From NCBI GenBank assembly GCA_902789175.1, contig CADANF010000010.1, positions 11,466 to 75,465 of the forward strand: 64,000 bases of DNA. Direction: 5' to 3'. This DNA is from an uncultured Lachnospiraceae bacterium (GTDB lineage: Bacteria > Bacillota > Clostridia > Lachnospirales > Lachnospiraceae). The translations under genes and the position numbers were made by a program. The notes beneath the pieces are model-generated. The model made no database searches, was not told the origin of the DNA, and was given only the letters and a program-made list of their open reading frames with translations. Numbering within the stretch: the first letter of the stretch is position 1; every line of letters starts with the position of its first letter. Shown piece after piece: positions 57,190 through 64,000 of the stretch.

Positions 57190-59807
57190 TGAATTTAGTG
57201 CCTAGAAATGCCACACTTGCGGAGGCATTATATAGGGATATTGACAAAAATGATTATTTACAGGAAATCTACGGAGATCTTTTGTATAACTACTCAATAA
57301 AGCTATTTCATACAGACAGAAGACCACGTGATATTCCTATTAGTGATGCTTTGCGTTTTGCTGATTTGCTATCAAAGTCATCTTATCCAATTACTTCTGA
57401 TAGAGATCACTTGTGGGGACAGGAAATTGCCATTCTTTTGCGTTTACTTTATCCAGAAGATAAGGCAGTAAAATACTATCTAGGTTCTGTGCTTTCGTCT
57501 GTCGGAAATTATCGTGGTTTAATGTCAAGGACGATAGAAGGATTTCAATGTAAAGATTTCTTTGATAGCATTTATTATGAGTATGACAAAGAAGAACATC
57601 GAATTCCAGGTAAGGATGAAGAGTATTTTTTTAATGACCAAATGCTGGTTTATAAAGGCTTAAGGGAAAAAGTCTTCAGTTACTCTGGACCGACTTCTAT
57701 GGGAAAATCATTTGTTGTACAGACATATATTCAACAACAAATCGAGAATGGATCGACAGATAATTTTGCAATTCTCGTACCAACGAAGGCTCTTATTAAT
57801 GAAGTTAGAAGCAATATGATAGGAACTCTTCAGGACAAACTTAAAGAATTAAATTATCGTGTGGTCACTGCATCGGGAGATTTGGTTTTACAACAAGATC
57901 ATCATTTTATATTTATTATGACCCCAGAGCGTTTGCTTCATATGATGATTGAACGAGATAATATTAATATAGATTTCTTGTTTATTGATGAAGCTCATAA
58001 AATTTCAGCACGTGGAGGAAGAAGCTCATATTACTATAAAGTTCTTACACAGTTAGGAAGTATGCAACAATTACCAACAGTAATTTTTGCTTCTCCCAAT
58101 ATTCCAAATCCAGAAATATATACGAGGGTTATTCCAGGAATAGAACAAACACAAATGAAGAAGTTGATATCAAGATTTGCTCCTGTGTGTCAGTTCAAAT
58201 ATTTTTTGAATGTTCCTGAAAGAAGTGGTTATTATTACAATGATTATAGTAAAAAATTAGAACGTTGCTATACCTTACCCGAAGGACAAGAATTATGTGA
58301 TATTGTTGCTACAGTAGGTCAAGATAAGCAAAATGTTGTTTATTGTAGTTCACGAAGAAGTGTACTGGAACAGGCTGTAAAATATGCAAGTAATATTGCA
58401 CCGAAGACAGATGAAGGTCTTATTGCATTAGCTGCAGAAATAAGAAAGGAAGTACATGATGACTGTTATCTTGCAGATTTAATTGTAAGAGGAGTTGCAT
58501 ATCATGTGGGATATCTTCCAGCAAATATCAGGCTCCGTATAGAAAAGAGTTTTGAAAAGGGAGATTTAAGAACTATTTTCTGTACGAGTACCCTAGTAGA
58601 GGGCGTAAATCTTCCAGCAGATAACTTGTTTATTACTAGTTATCGAAACGGTCCTAGCAACATGGACGAAGTGGATTTTAGAAATCTTGTAGGACGAGTG
58701 GGAAGAATTAAATATAACCTGTATGGCAATGTTGTTCTAGTCAGATTAGACGATAAGCTTAAGGCAGAACGTTATACTGAACTCCTTAAAAAGGAAGTGC
58801 CGGCACAGGAATTATCTATTGACATAAAGAACAATACGGATTGCATGAGTGCCCTTGTTAAGGATTTGGCTGATGGAGACATCGAGATGACTACTTGCCA
58901 TGAAAAGGCAACAGAAAAGGATTTCGAGGCACTTCGTAAGTTTGGTCTTATTTTGATAAGAGATTTGGCGAATGGAGACAGTACTCCGGTATCACAAAAG
59001 TTTGATGAGTACCTAACTGAAAAGCAAAAGCAACGCATTATAGAAAATTTTCCTACTGAAAAAACTAGTGATGATATTACGATTTCACATGACCAAGCAA
59101 CTAACTTGCACGATGCGATTTTACAGGGTCTACATTATCCTGAATTACAAGGTGAGGACGATGATGTGGATTTTGAGAAAGTGGTTGACTTCATGATGAT
59201 GCTTCGTAGATTGTTTAAGTGGGATATTTATGAAAAAGAAACATTAGGAAAACCGGGAACTTATAGACTAGACTCTGTTATTCGATGGTATTCAACGATT
59301 TTACTTCGTTGGATTCGAGGAAATGGATTGCAAGTATTAGTAAGCAGTGCTGTCAGTTATAAAGAAAAGAATCCTAATACAGGGGTATGGTCGGGGCAAT
59401 ACAAAGTATCAGATATATATAATAAAAATTCAAAATACCACAAGAATTTAGTTATTGCTGAATCTTTGAGTGTAATAGAAAATGTTTTGCTATTCAGCAT
59501 ATCAAATTATTTCAGAAAGTTTTCACTTGAATATAAGGCAATACACAACCTTGATCATTTTGATAATGATTGGTATGAGTATGTGGAATATGGAACTACC
59601 AACCCAGATACTATATTTCTTCAGCAAAGTGGATTTTCTAGAGAAGCTTCATTGTACATACAAAAACCATCAAATTATGCAAAATATGTGGTTGATGACA
59701 ACGGTATTAAAAAAATAAAAATAAGCATTCTAGGATGCGGCAACATTGGTGTAGAAACTGAAGCAGCAGACATTCAGTACAATATGCCAGAGCTGTTTAC
59801 TGAATAG
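57189..59807 (+). CDS. HamB-like SF2 DEAH helicase
   Basis: GPTSMGKS, TPER, IDEAHK, AYHVG, STLVEGVNLP, NLVGRVGR. TGATG overlap with the HamA-like gene. Confidence 0.85.
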   Translation: MNLVPRNATLAEALYRDIDKNDYLQEIYGDLLYNYSIKLFHTDRRPRDIPISDALRFADLLSKSSYPITSDRDHLWGQEIAILLRLLYPEDKAVKYYLGSVLSSVGNYRGLMSRTIEGFQCKDFFDSIYYEYDKEEHRIPGKDEEYFFNDQMLVYKGLREKVFSYSGPTSMGKSFVVQTYIQQQIENGSTDNFAILVPTKALINEVRSNMIGTLQDKLKELNYRVVTASGDLVLQQDHHFIFIMTPERLLHMMIERDNINIDFLFIDEAHKISARGGRSSYYYKVLTQLGSMQQLPTVIFASPNIPNPEIYTRVIPGIEQTQMKKLISRFAPVCQFKYFLNVPERSGYYYNDYSKKLERCYTLPEGQELCDIVATVGQDKQNVVYCSSRRSVLEQAVKYASNIAPKTDEGLIALAAEIRKEVHDDCYLADLIVRGVAYHVGYLPANIRLRIEKSFEKGDLRTIFCTSTLVEGVNLPADNLFITSYRNGPSNMDEVDFRNLVGRVGRIKYNLYGNVVLVRLDDKLKAERYTELLKKEVPAQELSIDIKNNTDCMSALVKDLADGDIEMTTCHEKATEKDFEALRKFGLILIRDLANGDSTPVSQKFDEYLTEKQKQRIIENFPTEKTSDDITISHDQATNLHDAILQGLHYPELQGEDDDVDFEKVVDFMMMLRRLFKWDIYEKETLGKPGTYRLDSVIRWYSTILLRWIRGNGLQVLVSSAVSYKEKNPNTGVWSGQYKVSDIYNKNSKYHKNLVIAESLSVIENVLLFSISNYFRKFSLEYKAIHNLDHFDNDWYEYVEYGTTNPDTIFLQQSGFSREASLYIQKPSNYAKYVVDDNGIKKIKISILGCGNIGVETEAADIQYNMPELFTE

Positions 59808-59821
59808 TAACAGATGTCTTT

Positions 59822-59856
59822 AAGACCTCTTGCGAAAGCGAGAGGTCTTTTTTTTA
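59822..59856 (+). terminator. Intrinsic terminator closing the defence operon
   Basis: AGACCTCT-TGC-GAAA-GCG-AGAGGTCT plus T8. Confidence 0.88.
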
Positions 59857-59871
59857 TGCGTTTTTTTACTT

Positions 59872-59910
59872 TCCCAATTCACTCCCAAAGGTCTCCCAAC
59901 CATTCCCCAA
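59872..59910 (+). repeat. Four CCCAA motifs phased at exactly 11 bp
   Basis: CCCAA at 59873, 59884, 59895 and 59906. Confidence 0.8.
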
Positions 59911-60001
59911 GTGGGCATATATAAATCAAAACCATATTTTTTTATACTGAAAGAGGCTTAAGAAAACAAGCTACTTTTAAGAGAAAGTGAGGTGGCTGGC
60001 A

Positions 60002-60142
60002 ATGGGTAAGAACTCAAAGCAAACATCCAAGATAGTTGCTTCGAAAGCAAGCAAAGTTCTTCGTGATGGAAGATTCAGCAAGACATCAAAGTCTGTAGCT
60101 GGAAGTGCATTAGCACAAACAAGACCAGGCAAGCGTAAGTAA
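60002..60142 (+). CDS. 46-aa Lys/Ser-rich basic small protein (missed by the ORF track)
   Basis: GAGGTG RBS, then MGKNSKQTSKIVASKASKVLRDGRFSKTSKSVAGSALAQTRPGKRK*. Confidence 0.75.
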   Translation: MGKNSKQTSKIVASKASKVLRDGRFSKTSKSVAGSALAQTRPGKRK

Positions 60143-60424
60143 GACTGGCACCTTTGGTGGGCAGAGCGAGATTGGATAATCATCCTGTCCACCTCCCTTC
60201 GGGGAAAACACAAATATTAAATATCACAAGGCCTGATTAGCTATAAGGGCATTGGGATACAGATATCGACATCAACCGCAGGACAACCTGTGGAAGGTGT
60301 GATAGAGGTACCCTTATTTCCTTATGCCCTTTTTCAGGCTTCATGGGTCGGTACTTCTATAAGCGCCGGCCTTTATTTGTTCCCATTGCCCTTCTGCAAG
60401 AACCAGGCAGAAAGGCAGGAACTT

Positions 60425-60940
60425 ATGAAAATCAAGATTCGTTATGAGAACGAGTATCAGACCCTTGAGGTCGAAAACGTGGAATTAGAGAGATGGCTTA
60501 ATATCTCCATTTCAGAAAATGAAAGCCAGGAAGACTACGAACAGAGAATCCAGGATGTAATCGAAGAGAGATTCAACAGACCCGATTACAACAGCTGGCA
60601 CAAGCATGACCGTCACACTGGCAATGCTTATATGAAAAGCAAGGACGGAACAGTTGAGGTCAACACAGAAGAAGCAATTATGTACAGAGCAGCTGATAAG
60701 TCAGCCTTTAACAGTTCTATTGACGGAGTACATAACCAGCTTGAATACGAAGAGTGCTGTGAAACTTTGAGAAGTCTTCTTAAACCTGCAGTGGCTGATA
60801 TGGTCATTGCCATTGCCCTTGACGGATACACCGTTGGCGAGTATGCAGCAGAAATCGGTGAGGATGCCAACACTGTCAGTCATCGTTACAGACGTGCAAT
60901 CAACAAATTAAAAAAAGTTTTTTCAAAAACGTCCTTTTAA
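60425..60940 (+). CDS. Sigma70 region-4-like HTH regulator
   Basis: C-terminal GYTVGEYAAEIGEDANTVSHRYRRAINKLKK. RBS supports ATG 60425, not 60290. Confidence 0.8.
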   Translation: MKIKIRYENEYQTLEVENVELERWLNISISENESQEDYEQRIQDVIEERFNRPDYNSWHKHDRHTGNAYMKSKDGTVEVNTEEAIMYRAADKSAFNSSIDGVHNQLEYEECCETLRSLLKPAVADMVIAIALDGYTVGEYAAEIGEDANTVSHRYRRAINKLKKVFSKTSF

Positions 60941-61008
60941 CCCTTCTCCCAAGGCTACCAGGTAGGAGGGTGACACCTCCGAGAAATTAATTTAAGGAGG
61001 TAATTCGT

Positions 61009-61776
61009 ATGGAATTACAAGTATTTAACAGCACAGAGTTCGGCTCTGTAAGAACAGCAACTGTAAACGGTGAGGTTATGTTTGTCGGCAAGGATGTTGC
61101 AGACATTCTCGGGTACCAGAACGGTAGTCGAGATATCAACCGCCATGTAGATGAAGAGGACAGACACAAGGTAATGATCTTTGACGGTAACCAGGATAAG
61201 GAAACCATCATCATCAATGAGTCTGGACTTTACAGTCTTATCCTTTCAAGCAAGATGCCGAATGCGAAGAAGTTCAAGCATTGGGTTACATCAGAGGTTC
61301 TTCCAGCTATCCGTAAGCATGGAATGTATGCCATCGATGAGATCTTAGAAAATCCTGATCTTGCGATTGCAGCACTCACACAGCTTAAGGAAGAGCGTGA
61401 GAGAAGAAAACAGCTTGAATGTCTGGCACTTGTTCAGCGTCAGCAGATTGCAGAACTCCAGCCAAAGGCAAGCTACTATGACCTTATTTTACAGAACAAG
61501 AACACAGTACCTATTACACAGATTGCAAAGGACTATGGTATGAGTGGTCGCAAGTTCAATGAACTTCTTCACGAACTTGGGGTTCAGTACAAGTTCAGAA
61601 AGACCTGGCTTTTATATCAGCACTATGCAGAGTGTGGATACACACAGTCCCGTACCTACGCAATTGATGAGAGCAGAAGTGTGATGCATACCTACTGGAC
61701 TCAGAAGGGCAGACTTTTCCTTTATGACCTTTTGAAGAATGAAGGGATCTTACCAGTTATCGAACAGGAGGATTAA
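61009..61776 (+). CDS. BRO-N / ANT(KilA-C) phage antirepressor
   Basis: FVGKDVA.ILGY, INESGLYSL, FKHWVTSEVLPAIRKHG, ITQIAKDYG, WTQKGRLF. Confidence 0.92.
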   Translation: MELQVFNSTEFGSVRTATVNGEVMFVGKDVADILGYQNGSRDINRHVDEEDRHKVMIFDGNQDKETIIINESGLYSLILSSKMPNAKKFKHWVTSEVLPAIRKHGMYAIDEILENPDLAIAALTQLKEERERRKQLECLALVQRQQIAELQPKASYYDLILQNKNTVPITQIAKDYGMSGRKFNELLHELGVQYKFRKTWLLYQHYAECGYTQSRTYAIDESRSVMHTYWTQKGRLFLYDLLKNEGILPVIEQED

Positions 61777-61781
61777 GAGAT

Positions 61782-62222
61782 ATGGGTGTTGATAAGTTTA
61801 ATCACGAAGGGTACTTTGACCCGACCACATATGAGGCTCTTACCAACATCCACCGTGAGGAAATGGCAGCTGATAAAAAGGCTGCCTATCTTCCTTTGGT
61901 GTATGTGTGCAGTCCATATGCAGGTGATGTTGAAACCAATGTAAAGAATGCAAAACGATACAGCAGATTTGCTGTTGATGAAAATGCTATCCCGGTAACA
62001 CCTCATCTTTTATATCCACAGTTCATGGATGACGGTAATGAGGCTGAAAGAGAGATGGCTATGCATTTCAATTATGTACTTCTTGGCAAATGCACAGAGG
62101 TCTGGGTCTTCGGTGGAGTGATTAGCCGTGGCATGGCTCGTGAGATTGGTGTAGCTAAGAAAAGAAGAATGAAGATCAGATGGTTTACCCAGGATTTGAA
62201 GGAGGTCGGAGAATATGATTGA
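61782..62222 (+). CDS. Phage protein, nucleoside deoxyribosyltransferase-like (DUF4406-like) fold
   Basis: VYVCSPYAGD, PHLLYPQF, CTEVWVFG..S.GM..E pattern. Confidence 0.7.
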   Translation: MGVDKFNHEGYFDPTTYEALTNIHREEMAADKKAAYLPLVYVCSPYAGDVETNVKNAKRYSRFAVDENAIPVTPHLLYPQFMDDGNEAEREMAMHFNYVLLGKCTEVWVFGGVISRGMAREIGVAKKRRMKIRWFTQDLKEVGEYD

Positions 62223-64000
62223 TTTTACTGTTTATTCAGCAGACTGTGTCGGCAACAGCGGTAACTGTCTGTATCCCAATAAGAATATTGTAACGGATAA
62301 AGAGTCCTTTATCGCAGCAACCAAGATGGATCATGTCACTGCAAAGTATAAGGGAAACTATCGCAGTAAGGATAATTTTGAATCTTCCGACTGTATTCCT
62401 CTTGACTGTGACAATGACCATTCAGAGAACCCGGAAGACTGGCTTACTCCTTTTGATATCGCATTATCAATTCCGGGAGTTGTTTTCGCTGCATCTTACA
62501 GCAGACACCACAATCTTCCAAAGGGTGACAAATCGGCAAGACCAAGATTTCATGTGTTCTTCCCTATACCAAAGGTAACGGATGGAGAAGAGTATGCAGC
62601 CATGAAACGCAAGATAGCTGATGCTTTCCCTTATTACGATACCAACGCATTAGACTCTGCAAGATTCCTTTATGGCAATGACTCTGATGAGGTGGAGTTT
62701 TATGAAGGTGACAAAACCATTCTTGATTATCTGGAAGAGGATGATTTCGCAGATTTCGATGCAAGCCTTGAGCAGGTGCCAGAAGGTCAGCGTAACAGCA
62801 CCATGAGCCATATTGCCGGAAAGATTATCAAGAGATACGGAAATACAGAAGAGGCTTATCAGATCTTCCTTAAGAAGGCAGAACTCTGTAATCCACCACT
62901 TCCTGAAAGTGAACTCAAGGTGATATGGAGAAGTGCATCAAAGTTCGGTAACAAGGTATCGAACCAGGAAGGATACATTCCACCTGAACAGTACAACTCC
63001 GACTGCAGATTAAAGCCGGAAGACTTCTCCGATGTTGGACAGGCTACGGTTCTTGCAACAGAGTATAAGGACATCCTTCGCTATTCCCCATCTACTGATT
63101 ACATGGTTTACAACGGCAGTTTCTGGGAAGAGTCAAAACCAAAGTCCCAGGGTGTTTCCCAGGACTTGACAGAAAGACAGCTTGCAGAGGCTGAAACTGA
63201 AATGAAGAAGGCTATGGATGAACTTGTAAAGAATGGTGGCATGGAGATTCTCGTATCCGTGGGTCCGAAAAAAGCTGTGCAGATGTTCAACAAGCAGCAG
63301 GCTCATGCCTACGAGATGTATGAAGATGCTGTGGCTTACAAGAAATATGCCATTAAGCGAAGAGATACAAAGAACATTGCTGCCACATTAAAAGAGGCTC
63401 GTCCGATGCTTGAAGTGGAACAGAGAAACCTTGATGCCGATGAGTTCATGTTAAACACTCCGACTCTTACCTATGATCTAAGACAGGGCACCAAGTTTCC
63501 GATGGAACACAGACCAGAGCATTTCATCACAAAGCAGACAACCGTTGACCCATCAAGTGATGGAGCAGATATCTGGGCAGCTGCACTTGATACCTTCTTT
63601 TTAAAGGATACCGACCTTATCGATTATGTTCAGAGAATGGTTGGTCTTTCAGCAATCGGCAAGGTGTATGTGGAGGCACTCATTATCGCATATGGAGAAG
63701 GCCGCAATGGTAAGTCAACCTTCTGGAATGTTATCGCAAGAGTCCTTGGTACATACTCAGGAAACATTTCTGCTGATATGCTGACCGTTGGTTGCAGAAG
63801 AAATGTCAAGCCAGAACTTGCCGAGGCAAAGGGTAAGAGAATGCTCATTGCAGCAGAGCTGGAAGAAGGCATGAGACTGAATACCGCTAATGTTAAACAG
63901 CTTTGTTCTACCGATGAAATCTATGCTGAAAAGAAGTATAAAGATCCGTTCTCATATACTCCGACACATACACTTGTGCTTTATACCAACCATCTGCCAA
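62215..64000 (+). CDS. Phage/plasmid P4-family primase-helicase (N-terminal primase, PriCT, D5/SF3 helicase), 3' end outside the window
   Basis: Open frame from ATG 62215 (GGAGG RBS): LDCDND, RFHVFFP, GQRNS, Walker A GEGRNGKST at about 63694. Absent from the ORF track because there is no stop in the window. Confidence 0.88.
   Translation, partial: MIDFTVYSADCVGNSGNCLYPNKNIVTDKESFIAATKMDHVTAKYKGNYRSKDNFESSDCIPLDCDNDHSENPEDWLTPFDIALSIPGVVFAASYSRHHNLPKGDKSARPRFHVFFPIPKVTDGEEYAAMKRKIADAFPYYDTNALDSARFLYGNDSDEVEFYEGDKTILDYLEEDDFADFDASLEQVPEGQRNSTMSHIAGKIIKRYGNTEEAYQIFLKKAELCNPPLPESELKVIWRSASKFGNKVSNQEGYIPPEQYNSDCRLKPEDFSDVGQATVLATEYKDILRYSPSTDYMVYNGSFWEESKPKSQGVSQDLTERQLAEAETEMKKAMDELVKNGGMEILVSVGPKKAVQMFNKQQAHAYEMYEDAVAYKKYAIKRRDTKNIAATLKEARPMLEVEQRNLDADEFMLNTPTLTYDLRQGTKFPMEHRPEHFITKQTTVDPSSDGADIWAAALDTFFLKDTDLIDYVQRMVGLSAIGKVYVEALIIAYGEGRNGKSTFWNVIARVLGTYSGNISADMLTVGCRRNVKPELAEAKGKRMLIAAELEEGMRLNTANVKQLCSTDEIYAEKKYKDPFSYTPTHTLVLYTNHLP

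Larger units (their letters stand above)
49353..64000. mobile_element. Left arm of a large prophage-like/integrative element with a defence cluster; right end outside the window
   Basis: Starts with copy 2 of the left-end repeat. AT-rich defence genes are followed by GC-richer phage-type regulation and replication genes. Confidence 0.75.

Noticed and set aside
60290-60424. N-terminal extension of the sigma-like ORF given by the track
   Set aside because: Low protein-likeness, no RBS at 60290, good RBS at 60425, and the region is better explained as structured RNA.
1-64000. tRNA, rRNA, IS transposase or reverse transcriptase genes
   Set aside because: No cloverleaf/T-loop (GTTCGA) context, rRNA signature, DDE transposase or YADD-type motif was recognised by eye. 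A tRNAscan/Infernal run would be decisive.

Overview
A 64-kb low-GC Firmicute (Bacillota) chromosomal segment. Gene content and style suggest Lachnospiraceae (inference). Positions 1-47.1 kb are mostly housekeeping: glycogen phosphorylase 3' part, ACP/thioesterase, cellobiose phosphorylase, aldose epimerase, SAM riboswitch-metK, a transcarbamylase, pyrBI, murA, metG, glmS ribozyme-glmS, mreB-like, recD2, comF, ddl, plsC, malQ, tatD, rsmA, tadA, SRP RNA, murG, THUMP methylase, C1A protease, rdgB and rlmD. A small AT-rich LytTR two-component/ABC island lies at 10.8-15.4 kb. From about 47.15 kb to the end the window is accessory DNA integrated at the 3' end of rlmD. First, a 2.16-kb mini-element (serine recombinase plus one orphan gene) is bounded by CATGTTG repeats and separates rlmD from its last 12 codons, including the conserved Glu of the D-x-F-P-x-T-x-H-V-E motif. 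A second element starts with a near-copy of the same left end. It carries a defence cluster: a GIY-YIG/DUF4357 nuclease; an LlaI-like set (HTH, double-domain m6A methylase, orphan, McrB-like GTPase, McrC-like nuclease); and a Hachiman-like pair whose HamA has an N-terminal extension and an apparently degenerate nuclease motif. After it come a prophage-like regulatory and replication module with an 11-bp-phased CCCAA array, an unannotated 46-aa basic ORF, a switch-like structured RNA candidate, a sigma70-r4-like gene, a BRO antirepressor and a primase-helicase that runs off the window. No tRNA, rRNA or CRISPR array was seen. All family assignments come from motif recognition by eye; no database searches were run.
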